This document shows positions 36,475-46,975 of a stretch of DNA of 64,000 nucleotides, in pieces. Positions within the stretch are counted from its first letter, which is position 1; every line of letters begins with the position of its first letter. Made by a program: the position numbers and the translations under genes. The notes under the pieces are model-generated. The model was not told where the DNA came from, searched no databases, and was given only the letters and a program-made list of their open reading frames with translations. This DNA comes from an uncultured bacterium. Its GTDB lineage: Bacteria > T1Sed10-126. The stretch covers positions 28,171 to 92,170 of the forward strand of contig CAZVWJ010000003.1 in the NCBI GenBank assembly GCA_964631325.1. Direction: 5' to 3'.

Positions 36475-37580
36475 TATTTGCCGGTCTCCCTGCCGCCGAC
36501 CACCCTGACTTTTTTACCATCAGCCAGCTGGAGATGGCCGGATTGAACTATTTTTTCACCAGTGACCAGTCCGGAATTGATTTCAACAAACCCCGGGCGC
36601 CGCAGGCCCACTTCGACTTCTTGGGGTTCAGCTTTCCCGTCCACGACTTTAAAAACAAGATAACCGGTCCTGGTAGGAACCATGGCTTCCGGAGGTATTA
36701 CGGGACGATTTTCACGGACCTCAGTAACCAGCTCAACCTGGCAGAAGCCGCCCGGCTTCAAGGCGTGAGTGGAATTTTTTATCCGTGCTTTTACCAACAG
36801 GTCACGACTCTGTTCAGTGATGCGGGGACTAACAAAAGTCACCGTGCCGGGGAAAGTTATCCCGGGATGGGCGGGAACAGTAACCCGGACATTTTGGCCG
36901 GTTTCAATTTCACCAATGTATTTTTCCGGGACGGTAAAAGCGGCTTCAAGTCTCGTGTGTTTGTAAAGGCTGGCCAGGGGGTCCCCCGGGGACACGTAAT
37001 TACCGGTATCCACTTCAATTGCTCCGGCGCGGCCGGTGAAGGGGGCGTGTATTTTGGCATCCTGATAACTTTCCCGGCTTTGCTGGAGTTGTTGATTTAG
37101 CTGATCAACCCGGGACCGAGCGGATTTAAGCGCTTCTTTTAAATCATCAAGACGCTGTTTTGAAGCAAGTCCCCGTTTAAACAGTTGTTTGTAGCGGTTG
37201 TATTTTTTCCGGACGTTAGCAAGTTTTGCCCGGGCCCCCTTGAGAGTGGAGCGGACAGACAAATACTGGTGGTGCAATTTTTTAGCTTCAATTTGATAGA
37301 GCATCTGGCCGGCTTCCACCCGGTCCCCTTCAGTGAAATTGATTTGGACGATTCGTCCCGCAATTTCCGGCCTGAGAACCACTTTTTCCTCAGGCTCCAG
37401 CGAGCCAATAGCCTGGACAGTTTCTTCCAGCGTCCGGGTTTGCACTTCACTGACTTCCACCGGCACCCCGACTCTTTCTTCTGTTTCCTGTTTTTTCTCC
37501 CGGACACACCCGGTAATAAAAGCCAAGCTGAAAAAAAGTAAAATTAAACCAAGCAGATAAAACCAATTTTTGTTATTCAT
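36474..37580 (-). CDS. Efflux RND periplasmic adaptor (membrane fusion protein)
   Basis: Lipobox, coiled-coil hairpin, beta-barrel. Operonic with the RND gene. Confidence 0.85.
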   Translation of the reverse strand: MNNKNWFYLLGLILLFFSLAFITGCVREKKQETEERVGVPVEVSEVQTRTLEETVQAIGSLEPEEKVVLRPEIAGRIVQINFTEGDRVEAGQMLYQIEAKKLHHQYLSVRSTLKGARAKLANVRKKYNRYKQLFKRGLASKQRLDDLKEALKSARSRVDQLNQQLQQSRESYQDAKIHAPFTGRAGAIEVDTGNYVSPGDPLASLYKHTRLEAAFTVPEKYIGEIETGQNVRVTVPAHPGITFPGTVTFVSPRITEQSRDLLVKARIKNSTHALKPGGFCQVELVTEVRENRPVIPPEAMVPTRTGYLVFKVVDGKAEPQEVEVGLRRPGFVEINSGLVTGEKIVQSGHLQLADGKKVRVVGGRETGK

Positions 37581-37595
37581 TCTTTTTCCCTCAAT

Positions 37596-38903
37596 TCAAT
37601 TTAAATGATTTTTGGCCAGCCGTTTGCTGAGTAAATTTTCCTGATATTTTCCCACGGCCAATTTAAGCCGGAGATAGGTCAATCGGCGTCTTATTTTTTC
37701 TGTGGCCAGCCGGAGCTGAGCTTCGTTCAAAACGGTAATAGCGTCGCTTACATCAACCTCATTAACCAGTCCTTCACTAGACCGGGCGTCGATCTCCTGG
37801 TAATTTTTTTGTGCGGCAGAAACCTGATTTTCAAGCGTTTTAATAACTTTCTGCCGGGTCTGAAAGTTAGAATAAGCTTCTTTTACCTGAATTTTTATCT
37901 GCTGTTGCAATCTTTCCAACTGTGCTTTTGCCTGGTCGTATTTTGCCTGGGCCCGATTAATTTCGGCTTCTTCCTTGCCGCCGCTAAACAGGGGATAGGA
38001 GATAAGCCCCATGACTTCCCAGTTGTCTTCGGCGGTATTTACTTCTTCGTCGTAATAACTGCCCGTGGCCTGAACCTTCAGGGAGGGATAGCGATCCGCC
38101 ATCTGTATTTCTACCTGCTTCCGGGCCTGCTTCAACATATTTTTGGCCCGCAGATAATCCCGTCTATTTGTGTATGCCCGCGAGTAGTAGAATCCAAGTT
38201 TTTCTAATTTTAGCCGGCTATCCAGGGACTCCTGAACGGGGATAGGAGCCGTATCAGTGCCCAGTTCAAGAGCCAGTTCAGAGAGAGAAACCTGGTAATT
38301 ATTTCGGGCTTCCATCAGTTGCTGTCGGGCACGACTGAGCTGAACCTTAGCCCGAAGCACCGGCGTCCGGGTGGTCATATCCACTTCGTAGCGCCCCCGC
38401 GCCTGTTTTAACTGGTCCTGACTGCGCTTCCGGGTGTTCTTGAGTATTTCAATTTGTTTCCGGTTTAATTTCACCTGGTAAAACTGGTTGGCCACCGAAA
38501 ACAGGACATTTTGAACTCCCCGGAAATAATCCAATTTCTGTCCACGGTTGTAGAGAAGGGCCAGCTCCCGGCCATACCACACTTTACCACCCTGATAAAT
38601 ATGCTGGGAAAGGGTGGCCTGTCCGATAGTATTTTTCTCATTTGTTTTTGGTAAATCCTTTCTCTTTACTGTAGTTGCCTCCAGTTCTATCCGGGGCAGT
38701 AAACCGGAGGTGGCAATAGAAACATTCTCTTCTGACTGCCGGATTTCCTGGCGGAGAGAACTGATCTTATCATTATGTTTCAGGGCCAGATCATATGCTT
38801 CCGGAAGAGTTAAGCCGGCGGCAGATACAGGAATACACCAGGCCAGCAAATAAATCCCGGTTAATAAAAAAACAACCATCTGTTTGTTCTCAATTTTTAT
38901 CAC
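37596..38903 (-). CDS. TolC-family outer-membrane efflux protein
   Basis: 435 aa. TolC-type repeats with coiled-coil/beta structure and a signal peptide. Confidence 0.8.
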   Translation of the reverse strand: MIKIENKQMVVFLLTGIYLLAWCIPVSAAGLTLPEAYDLALKHNDKISSLRQEIRQSEENVSIATSGLLPRIELEATTVKRKDLPKTNEKNTIGQATLSQHIYQGGKVWYGRELALLYNRGQKLDYFRGVQNVLFSVANQFYQVKLNRKQIEILKNTRKRSQDQLKQARGRYEVDMTTRTPVLRAKVQLSRARQQLMEARNNYQVSLSELALELGTDTAPIPVQESLDSRLKLEKLGFYYSRAYTNRRDYLRAKNMLKQARKQVEIQMADRYPSLKVQATGSYYDEEVNTAEDNWEVMGLISYPLFSGGKEEAEINRAQAKYDQAKAQLERLQQQIKIQVKEAYSNFQTRQKVIKTLENQVSAAQKNYQEIDARSSEGLVNEVDVSDAITVLNEAQLRLATEKIRRRLTYLRLKLAVGKYQENLLSKRLAKNHLN

Positions 38904-39576
38904 AAGAACTCACCCCGTTCAAAATTACGTCCATAAATTCCGCTGAGTATTCCGCCCGCAAATCACCAATTTTAAAGACAATGGCTTCGTGTAAGACACC
39001 CCAGATAAAACTAATATACAGCCGGGCCGACTTAGCTGGCGGTGGACAGTCAAAATCGCCGTTTTTCAGGCCGGCGGCAAAAACTTCTCTGACGATATTC
39101 AAATATTCATCCCATTCCGAAACCAGGTCGTTGTCCCGTATACCTGTCGGTTCAAGTCCCTCATTCACCATAATCTCCACCATTGGTCGGGCTTCCTCGT
39201 AGAGGTTAAGATGTTCCTCAAAAATCATCTCAAGCTGGCGCCGGGGACTGTCAGTTCCAGCCAGGGCCTCTTTGACCGATAGAGCCATCGAGCGGGTAAT
39301 TTCTCTGATGAGAGTGGAAAAAAGTTCAGACTTATTCCCGAAATGGCGATAGACGGTCCCTTTCCCCACATCAGCTTGCTGAGCAATTTCTTCCACAACT
39401 GCCTTGTGATAACCTTTCCGGGCAAAAACCTGGCGGGCTGAGGAAAGTATTTTCTTTTCAGTCTTAGATAAACTCTCTCTTTCTGACAAATAAAACCACT
39501 CCCTGACTGACCAGTCCGTCCGGGAATTATACAGAAATTGCATCCTGATTGTCAAGAACAAATAAATTACCATCAA
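38890..39576 (-). CDS. TetR/AcrR family transcriptional regulator
   Basis: HTH ARQVFARKGYHKAVVEEIAQQADVGKGTVYRHF. The true start is probably a TTG near 39494, preceded by GGAG. Confidence 0.8.
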   Translation of the reverse strand: MMVIYLFLTIRMQFLYNSRTDWSVREWFYLSERESLSKTEKKILSSARQVFARKGYHKAVVEEIAQQADVGKGTVYRHFGNKSELFSTLIREITRSMALSVKEALAGTDSPRRQLEMIFEEHLNLYEEARPMVEIMVNEGLEPTGIRDNDLVSEWDEYLNIVREVFAAGLKNGDFDCPPPAKSARLYISFIWGVLHEAIVFKIGDLRAEYSAEFMDVILNGVSSCDKN

Positions 39577-39701
39577 AAATAACTGAATCTGGCTTGGCCC
39601 GGGGGGATTACGGGGTGAGTTTTGTATTCTGCTTCTCAGGTTTCTTTGTTATCATAATTTAACAATGAGAGGGAAATAATCTTTGATGGTTCAGGAGGTC
39701 A

Positions 39702-41234
39702 TTGCTGATGGAAAATAAACGTTACAATTCCCAGAAGTTGCTTCTTATGGCTGTATTCATGCTTTCCCTTGGTTTTTTGTTGGGAACCCTGCATTATGAT
39801 TATAATTTGTTTGGCTGGGCAAAGACTACACCCGGGACATCGAAAAAATACACCGGAGGAAAGGTTGAAAAGCTGGAGAAACCGGAGAAGGCCCTCTCAG
39901 TTGCCAAGCAACTGGAAACAGCCTTCCATTACGCTACCAGCCAGGTCCGCCCGGCGGTGGTCTCAATAATTACCAGAAAAACAATTACCCGCCGGCGACA
40001 GCCTTTCCCGGATTTCCCCGGTTTCAACGACCCGTTTTTCAAACGATTCTTTGATTTTCCCCGTCAGCATCAGGCCCAGGGGTTGGGAAGTGGAGTCATC
40101 ATCCGGTCAAACGGTTACATTCTCACCAACCGTCACGTGGTTGAAAAAGCGGATGAAATTGAAGTAGAGTTAAGCAACAAAGAATCTGTCAAAGCCGAGG
40201 TGGAGGCGACGGACAAGAACTCTGATTTGGCGGTAATAAAAATTGATCGAACCAACCTGCCAACGGCAGAGTTTGCCGATTCAAACAAGGTTGAAGTGGG
40301 CCAGTATGCAATTGCCATCGGGGCTCCTTTCCATTACAAAAATTCTGTCAGTTTTGGCCATATAAGTGCTCTGCACCGCTCTATCGGTAAAAGTCAATAC
40401 GAAGACTTGATTCAGACCGACGCCGCGATCAACCCCGGTAACTCAGGTGGTCCGTTGATCAACATTGACGGAAAAGTGATTGGTATCAACACAGCAATTG
40501 CTGCGGAAGGAGCCCGGGGAAACCAGGGGATTGGTTTTGCAATTTCCGCCAACATGGCCAAAAATACTGCAAACGACCTGATCAAATACGGCAAACCCCG
40601 GCGGCCCTGGCTCGGAGTAATGATTCAACAGCTAACCCCGGAGATGGCCGAACACTTCGAAAGCGACAGGGGAGTGCTGATTGCCGAAGTCATGGAGAAC
40701 AGTCCGGCCGCTAAAGCAGGCCTCCAGCAGGGAGATTTAATCATCAAATTTAGCGGTCAAGCAGTTCACTCGCCCGGAGATTTGCAGAGGTTGGTACTGT
40801 CACAGGCAATTGGCGATGAAGTATCGTTAGTTATTGACCGGGGCGGAGAAAAAATGAGGAAGTCCCTTGAGCTGGGTTTGTTGCCTTCGAAAGAGCCGGG
40901 AGAAAAAGCTGAGGAAGCTAAATCCGAAGCCGACATACTCGATAAAATTGGCTTCAAGCTGGAGGAAATTTCACCGGAAGAAGCAGCCGAAAAATACGAC
41001 CTCCGGCCGGCCAACACGGTTCTCAAGGTTACGGCTGTTTCGCCGGGCGCACCGGCATATATGAAGGGCATCCGCGAGGGAGATCTGATTGTGGAAGTGA
41101 ACCGGCAGTCGATTCCGGGCTTGGATAAATTTGTTAGTTACCTAAAAGAACAAAAGGAAGCCGGCGCTAAAAATGTTCTCCTGTTAGTGAAGCACGAGGG
41201 TGACTTCTACTGGCGAGTGCTTCCCCTGTCCTGA
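39702..41234 (+). CDS. htrA: Do/HtrA/DegP family serine protease with two PDZ domains
   Basis: Catalytic triad regions TNRHVV, DLAVIKI and GNSGGPLIN. Two PDZ domains. Confidence 0.9.
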   Translation: MLMENKRYNSQKLLLMAVFMLSLGFLLGTLHYDYNLFGWAKTTPGTSKKYTGGKVEKLEKPEKALSVAKQLETAFHYATSQVRPAVVSIITRKTITRRRQPFPDFPGFNDPFFKRFFDFPRQHQAQGLGSGVIIRSNGYILTNRHVVEKADEIEVELSNKESVKAEVEATDKNSDLAVIKIDRTNLPTAEFADSNKVEVGQYAIAIGAPFHYKNSVSFGHISALHRSIGKSQYEDLIQTDAAINPGNSGGPLINIDGKVIGINTAIAAEGARGNQGIGFAISANMAKNTANDLIKYGKPRRPWLGVMIQQLTPEMAEHFESDRGVLIAEVMENSPAAKAGLQQGDLIIKFSGQAVHSPGDLQRLVLSQAIGDEVSLVIDRGGEKMRKSLELGLLPSKEPGEKAEEAKSEADILDKIGFKLEEISPEEAAEKYDLRPANTVLKVTAVSPGAPAYMKGIREGDLIVEVNRQSIPGLDKFVSYLKEQKEAGAKNVLLLVKHEGDFYWRVLPLS

Positions 41235-41236
41235 AG

Positions 41237-41896
41237 TTAATCGCTAATTTCTGCGAGAAGGGCGGGAAGGTCCCGGAATTCATCAAGGACGGGATATTTG
41301 CCGGCCAGGTCCCCGTGGCCATATAAACAACCGACAAAACCGGTGCCGGCAGTGCGAGCCGCATTCAAATCTGAACTGCGGTCCCCGACCATCATCACTT
41401 CTTTGGGTTTCAGTCCATAATCGGCCAGTATAATCTTGATCAGGTCAGCCTTGTCGTTTGAATCAATTTCCTCAATACAAATCATTCGAGCGAAATATTC
41501 GTCAAGCCCGTGAGTCTCAGCCACTGTTTCCAGGTAAGCTCGCTGAGCATTGGTGACCAGCCCCAGGCGGTAATCTGTCTTTAACTTCTCCAGGACCTGT
41601 TGTACTCCTTCCACCAGCTTGCCCTGTTTAGTGCGAATTTTTTGAAGCAGTGTGGAAACTATATTTTCTGACAGGGGCTGAAATAAATCGTCGTCGACGT
41701 TTGGAAAAAGGTTAGTATATATTTCTTCAACCGGATTTCCCACCTGAGCAAGTACTTCCTTTTCGGTGGGTATCCGCACATCCTGATTTTGTTCTCGATT
41801 GAAATTCTTTATTCCTTCCGCGTAACAGGAGTGGAGAATTGGTGTGGAGAGATAAAGAGTTCCGTCGAGATCGAAAAACAGTCCCTTAATCTTCAT
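41237..41896 (-). CDS. HAD-family hydrolase
   Basis: FFDLDGTL is HAD motif I. The start is taken at MKIKG. Confidence 0.75.
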   Translation of the reverse strand: MKIKGLFFDLDGTLYLSTPILHSCYAEGIKNFNREQNQDVRIPTEKEVLAQVGNPVEEIYTNLFPNVDDDLFQPLSENIVSTLLQKIRTKQGKLVEGVQQVLEKLKTDYRLGLVTNAQRAYLETVAETHGLDEYFARMICIEEIDSNDKADLIKIILADYGLKPKEVMMVGDRSSDLNAARTAGTGFVGCLYGHGDLAGKYPVLDEFRDLPALLAEISD

Positions 41897-42170
41897 CCTT
41901 ACGCACTGCCTCACGAAGATATTTACCACTCTTGAAGGCTGGAACAACGCGTTCGGGAACATCTATTTCTTTGCCCGTGCCGGGAATTCGTCCCTTCCGG
42001 CTGTCATGCTCTCTTTTTTCAAAGACCCCGAACCCCCGCAGTTCAAGCCGGCCTTCTTCGGCCACAATTTTTTTAATTGACTCAAAATACCTTTTTACCA
42101 GTTGTCGAGCTTCACGTTCCGGGATATTCCATTTTTCAGCCATTTTTTTAATCAATTCAGAGCGTAACAT
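41886..42170 (-). CDS. HU/IHF family DNA-binding protein
   Basis: LIKKMAEKWNIPEREARQLVKRYFESI...RGFGVFEKREHDSRKGRIPGTGKEIDVPERVVPAFKSGK is an HU fold. Confidence 0.85.
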   Translation of the reverse strand: MLRSELIKKMAEKWNIPEREARQLVKRYFESIKKIVAEEGRLELRGFGVFEKREHDSRKGRIPGTGKEIDVPERVVPAFKSGKYLREAVRKDED

Positions 42171-42202
42171 TAGCCCAGCTCCAGTAGATAATTAAGTTGA
42201 AT

Positions 42203-42931
42203 TCAGCGGTTATTTTCGACTGCGCGGACCGCAAGGGTATCAGCACGTTCATTTAGCGGATCCCCGGCGTGGCCCTCCACCCACTTTAATTCAATGTCTG
42301 AAATATCTTTCATCCGATCAAAAGCCTGCTTGATCAGCCTCTGGTTAGCTACCGGTTTACCGCTGGAATTCTGCCAGCCGTTTTTCCGCCAGTTGTGGAT
42401 CCATTGAGTGAGAGATTTTTGGGCGTACTGGCTGTCCGTGTAAAGCCGAACCGGTCTGGGCGGTTCGCGCAGCGAACCGAGGGCACAGTTTATCGCCTGT
42501 AATTCAGCAACCTGATTAGTGGCTTTTCCGATAAACTGGCTAATTTCCTTGTAATTTGTCCCATCCCAGAACACCGCCCCGATGCCACTGGGTCCCGAAC
42601 CGTGGTTCACTTTCGAGGAAGTGGCTCCGTCAGTGTAAATGAGGATAAGATCTTCCTCCACAGCCGGCAAATCCACTTCGTCTGGAATTTCTCTACTAAT
42701 CTCAGGCGGCGCCGGATCCAGGTCGGTATTATTTTCTTTTTCCTTGGAATTATTCAGGGGAGAAAGATTATGACGGGAGGCGGTGTATTCTTTTGCCCTT
42801 TCTGAACGGGTGAATTTAATTTTAACGAGTCCGTCTTCAACTTTTAATTCCTCTTCAGAACTGACCTCCGCCCAGACTTTTTTGGCCTGTGGGTCATTTT
42901 GTCCCTGGAATAGATAACGTTGCCAGCCCAT
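42203..42931 (-). CDS. rnhA: Ribonuclease HI with an N-terminal extension of about 90 aa
   Basis: The RNase H core YTDGATS...NQVAELQA...LYTDSQY...WVEGHAG...NERAD carries the DEDD residues. Confidence 0.85.
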   Translation of the reverse strand: MGWQRYLFQGQNDPQAKKVWAEVSSEEELKVEDGLVKIKFTRSERAKEYTASRHNLSPLNNSKEKENNTDLDPAPPEISREIPDEVDLPAVEEDLILIYTDGATSSKVNHGSGPSGIGAVFWDGTNYKEISQFIGKATNQVAELQAINCALGSLREPPRPVRLYTDSQYAQKSLTQWIHNWRKNGWQNSSGKPVANQRLIKQAFDRMKDISDIELKWVEGHAGDPLNERADTLAVRAVENNR

Positions 42932-42940
42932 TTAAATTTA

Positions 42941-43693
42941 TCAATCCGACTCCTCTTTTTCTTCTTCAGCCCAGTAGAGCATGCGAGAGCAATTTTCGCA
43001 ATAATATATTTTTTTAAGTTCTCGGACTTCGTTAATACGCTGGGCCGGAATGCGTGAATAACAACCGTCGCAAGCATGATCAACGATAGGAGCCAAAACG
43101 GGAGAGCGTCGCTGCTTAATTCGATCATACCGCTCCAACAAGCCCGGATCAAGGTCTTTGACTTTTCGGCGAGCTTTTTCCCGCTTGTCTGTTAAACTTT
43201 CCAGCTTTTCTTTATTTTTTTCAAGCTGTTTTTCTCGTTCATTTTTAAAATTATCCAGTTCCCCCTGGGCAGTTTGAACGCGCGAAGTGGCCTCCCGAAT
43301 TTCATCTTCCAGTTTTTCAATTTCTTCGTCCAGGACAAGATATTCTTCTGAAGCCTGCTCCGCCTTTTCTTTTAATTTTTCTATCTCCTTGTTAAGGGTC
43401 TCAAACTGATCCTGACTACTCACGTTAAATTTGTCACTCTTTTTCTTCTCAATTTCTTCTTCCGCTTTCTGCACATCGATCTCTTTTTTATCACGCCGTT
43501 TAATCTGCTCCATCCGCTGGTCCTCTAGCTCTTCCAGCTCCCCCTTGAGTGCTGCCACTGATTCTTCTTCTTTCTTAATCTGACGCGGAATTTTTTCATT
43601 CAAATCCTCCAGCCGGTTAATTTCCAGGTCAATCTCCTGGAGCTGTTCAATTGCTTTTAATTTATTAAGAACACTCACTATTGTTCCTCCCAT
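42941..43693 (-). CDS. Coiled-coil C4 zinc-ribbon protein (COG1579/DUF164)
   Basis: A long coiled coil followed by CDGC...CENC. It is the classic partner of Nif3. Confidence 0.75.
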   Translation of the reverse strand: MGGTIVSVLNKLKAIEQLQEIDLEINRLEDLNEKIPRQIKKEEESVAALKGELEELEDQRMEQIKRRDKKEIDVQKAEEEIEKKKSDKFNVSSQDQFETLNKEIEKLKEKAEQASEEYLVLDEEIEKLEDEIREATSRVQTAQGELDNFKNEREKQLEKNKEKLESLTDKREKARRKVKDLDPGLLERYDRIKQRRSPVLAPIVDHACDGCYSRIPAQRINEVRELKKIYYCENCSRMLYWAEEEKEESD

Positions 43694-44499
43694 GAGGACA
43701 GGTTTTCGAGTTTAACCGAATGTCGATATGGTGATTCGCGTTCAAAATACATTATATTATGCTCAAGTTCCAATTTTTCTTCAAGGAGGCGACGCGCAAA
43801 TTCAAGAAAAAAGGTTTCCATTTCCCGGTGATCGAGAATAATCAAATTGAGTCCTTCCAGCCGGGCGTCTTCAATCTCGTGGTGGGAAAGATCAGCGCTG
43901 ACATACAAATCAACTGAACGATCAACTGCTGTTTTAATAAAATCTCCACCGCTTCCCGTACAGAAAGCAACCCGCTCAATTTTTTCAGTTGCGTCCCCAA
44001 CCGAACGAAGATAAGTGATTTGCTTTCGGGACTTTAATTTATTCTCCACGGACTTCATTTTTACAGGCTGATCAAATTCTCCGATTCGCCCCATTCCAAT
44101 CTCGGAGTTGTTTTCCCGGGGGACAAGCGATACGAGGTCAAAAAGTCCAAGGTATTCGCCAAACAGGTCGTTAAGGCCCCCCAGACAGAGATCAGCGTTA
44201 GTATGAAGAGCGTAAATCCCCAAAGAATTCTGTATAGCCTTGAAAATCATTGCGCCCTGCGGTGATGACTCGATTACTTGCTGAAGGGGACTGAAAATCA
44301 GGGGATGATGAGCGAGCAGAAAATTACAATTATTTTCAAGCGCCGCTTCAAGAGCGGCGGGGGTAAGATCTACACAGGTGAGGATACCAGTTAATTCCTG
44401 GTCGTCCGGCCCAACTATCCAACCAACATTATCCCAATCTTCGGCCAGATTAAGCGGAACTTCGCTGGCAAGCTGGTTAGCTAATTCACTGAATCGCAC
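43678..44499 (-). CDS. Nif3-like dinuclear metal centre protein (YqfO/YbgI family)
   Basis: A Nif3 sequence with a histidine motif in LTGILTCVDLTPAALEAALENNCNFLLAHHP. Adjacent to the DUF164 gene. Confidence 0.8.
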   Translation of the reverse strand: MRFSELANQLASEVPLNLAEDWDNVGWIVGPDDQELTGILTCVDLTPAALEAALENNCNFLLAHHPLIFSPLQQVIESSPQGAMIFKAIQNSLGIYALHTNADLCLGGLNDLFGEYLGLFDLVSLVPRENNSEIGMGRIGEFDQPVKMKSVENKLKSRKQITYLRSVGDATEKIERVAFCTGSGGDFIKTAVDRSVDLYVSADLSHHEIEDARLEGLNLIILDHREMETFFLEFARRLLEEKLELEHNIMYFERESPYRHSVKLENLSSWEEQ

Positions 44500-44659
44500 C
44501 AGGATAAACCTCCTCTAAATAAAAAAAGAACAACTAATTTCTCACCTGATTTTGAAATATTTTATCACATTCCCGCTATATAAACTACCCGTTAACTACA
44601 CCCTTTCCGAAAAATCATTTCTGCGAAAGCAGGAATCAATTAAAAGACCGTAAAACACT

Positions 44660-44690
44660 GGATTGTCAGGTCAAGCCCGGCAATGACGTG
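44660..44690. repeat. Family D MITE remnant (right-arm hairpin only)
   Basis: ggattgtcaggtcaagcccggcaatgac. Confidence 0.6.
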
Positions 44691-44716
44691 AAAAAATTAC
44701 CTTTTTCGGATAGGAT

Positions 44717-45310
44717 CTAACTAAAACCTAAATTTTTGCTGTTGACCAACTGAGCCTGAAATAGCCAGTTTGCCTGGTGGAGAGAAGCTTCGTAGTCAAA
44801 TTCGGTCAACGCGCTGATTAAATCTATCGGATGTATTACGTCATATCCCCGCAAAACAGCGCTGGCCGCCGTGTAGTGGACACAAATATTGGCCACGGTG
44901 CCGGCAATGATCAGACCACTTTTATTTGCAGAGTTCAATTTTTCTTCTAAAATTGTTTCGTAAAAGGCATTGTATTCGTCTTTCTCAATTATCTCTGTCC
45001 CGGGAATGGGAGAAAGCTGATCGTGAATCTGCCAGCCCCAGCTATTTTCTACACAGTGTTCGCCCCAGGTATCAAATTCCGGGTCGTCTTCACGATGGGT
45101 ATCCTGAGTATACCAGACGGGTACCCCGTTTTTCTGAGCTTGCTCAATAAAATTTGCCAGAGCGCCGAGAGTTGCTTCGGCCTCGGGATTATAAAGGGCG
45201 CCGTCGGGATGGACAAAATCATTTTGCATATCAACAACCAGCACAACATAATTCGATGAATTCACGGCCAGTTTATCTTTGATTTCATATTCGGGGGCCT
45301 CTACTTTCAT
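44717..45310 (-). CDS. pncA: Isochorismatase-family cysteine hydrolase (nicotinamidase PncA-like)
   Basis: VVLVVDMQNDF, catalytic Cys in VANICV. It is immediately downstream of pncB. Confidence 0.75.
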   Translation of the reverse strand: MKVEAPEYEIKDKLAVNSSNYVVLVVDMQNDFVHPDGALYNPEAEATLGALANFIEQAQKNGVPVWYTQDTHREDDPEFDTWGEHCVENSWGWQIHDQLSPIPGTEIIEKDEYNAFYETILEEKLNSANKSGLIIAGTVANICVHYTAASAVLRGYDVIHPIDLISALTEFDYEASLHQANWLFQAQLVNSKNLGFS

Positions 45311-45325
45311 CAGTGAACCTCCTGT

Positions 45326-46879
45326 TTATTTTTGCCTCTCTTCTTCCAGCCGCCTCAATTTAGCATTCTTAACGGTCCACATTTCCGGTGTAAGTGAAAC
45401 GTGATAACGATGTGGGTTCATAATTCTTTTCACTCCCGGGTCCAACCGCTGTAGATCCTTTTTTCGACGTTCCCGACAATCCTCCAGAGTCGTGTGGTAA
45501 TAGCGTTGACCATTTTCCAGGACAACCTGGTGCAACTCCTCTTTTTCAGTCAGGTCTCCGGGACTAAGTTTTCGCTTGATTTTTTCATTTGCCGGATGCT
45601 GAAGGATAAGCTGTTCATCCAGGTTCGGGTTTTCTTCCTCAGTCCCGATCAAATCAGCCGTTGCCCGGCCCCGGTTGTCGTATAACCTCCAGACCGACTT
45701 GCGCCCCGGGTTAGGTATTTTTTCGGGATTTTCAGAAAGCTTAAGGACGGGTTCCCATTCCTCCCCGTTTTTCAGACCGACCAACTTATAAACCCCACCG
45801 AGAGCTGCGTCCCCGCGCGAAGTTATCAACCTTGTACCCACTCCATAAGCAAGGCGCGACACCACCTTCTCTGGGTCTAACCCGTATTCCGGGGCCTCCT
45901 GCTTGATCTGGGTGATGATCTGGTTAAGGACCTGCTCATCGAGCTGATCGGACAGGACAATTTTACACTCCTCAAAACCAGCCCGATTTAACTTTTCACA
46001 ACTCCTGACCGCAAGATGGGCAAGGTCACCGGAATCCAACCGGATCCCCGTTGGTTCATGTCCCTGTTCTCGCAGTTCTCTGAATACCTTAATCGCATTG
46101 GGGAGGCCGCTTTTCAGGGTATCTACGGTATCAACAAGTAAAATACAATTATCCGGATACTGCCGGGCAAAATCGCGAAAAGCATCTAATTCAGTCTTTC
46201 CCCGGGCAAGATAGGCCTGGATCATGCTGTGGGCGTGGGTCCCCTTGGGGGCAACGTCAAGTTCATATGAAATACCGGTGTTGGAGCTAAAATCAGCCCC
46301 CCCGATTAAAGCGGCTCTGGTGCCCTCATTAGCGCCCCGCCCGTGGGCCCGTCGCAAACCAAACTCCAGCAGTAAATTTTTGGCTCCGGCCAGTTTAATC
46401 CGGCTGGCCTTGGTGGCAATTAAAGTTTGATAATTAAGCATATTGAGGAGTGGAGTTTCAACTAACTGGGCCAGAGCGAGCGGCCCTTCCACTACGGTTA
46501 AGGGGAAATTGGGGTGAACGACCCGGCCTTCGGGGACAGCTTCTATTTTTAATTTTTCGTCGAATTGTTGGTCAGCCAGCCAATCGAGAAATTCATCGGT
46601 AAAAAAGGGCTGACCCTCAGGTCCACGGTGTTTCTGGAGTTTCTTCAGCTCTGCTTCAGAAAAAGTTAATCCATCCAGCCAATCCAGGAACCATTCAAGC
46701 CCTGCATTTACACAGTATCCCGCCTGATGTTCCCCGTAATCCGGATAATTACGAAAAAAATGTTCAAATCGAGCCGGAATTTGATGCATCTCTTCTTCGT
46801 AATAAAGCTGAGCCATAGTTAGTTGATAAAAATCAGTATAAAGTGCGCCCACAGCTACAGAATTTTGCCCGGTCCTCAA
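45326..46879 (-). CDS. pncB: Nicotinate phosphoribosyltransferase
   Basis: YTDFYQLTM (compare E. coli TDAYKLHM) and an NAPRTase fold. Confidence 0.8.
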   Translation of the reverse strand: MRTGQNSVAVGALYTDFYQLTMAQLYYEEEMHQIPARFEHFFRNYPDYGEHQAGYCVNAGLEWFLDWLDGLTFSEAELKKLQKHRGPEGQPFFTDEFLDWLADQQFDEKLKIEAVPEGRVVHPNFPLTVVEGPLALAQLVETPLLNMLNYQTLIATKASRIKLAGAKNLLLEFGLRRAHGRGANEGTRAALIGGADFSSNTGISYELDVAPKGTHAHSMIQAYLARGKTELDAFRDFARQYPDNCILLVDTVDTLKSGLPNAIKVFRELREQGHEPTGIRLDSGDLAHLAVRSCEKLNRAGFEECKIVLSDQLDEQVLNQIITQIKQEAPEYGLDPEKVVSRLAYGVGTRLITSRGDAALGGVYKLVGLKNGEEWEPVLKLSENPEKIPNPGRKSVWRLYDNRGRATADLIGTEEENPNLDEQLILQHPANEKIKRKLSPGDLTEKEELHQVVLENGQRYYHTTLEDCRERRKKDLQRLDPGVKRIMNPHRYHVSLTPEMWTVKNAKLRRLEEERQK

Positions 46880-46975
46880 TCCGACTCACCCCGTAAAATT
46901 ATTTTTTTTACAGAATAAAAAGGGATTGCTAATCAAGGCAAAGCCGTTTTTAACTCCCCTGACCAATGGTAGGCT

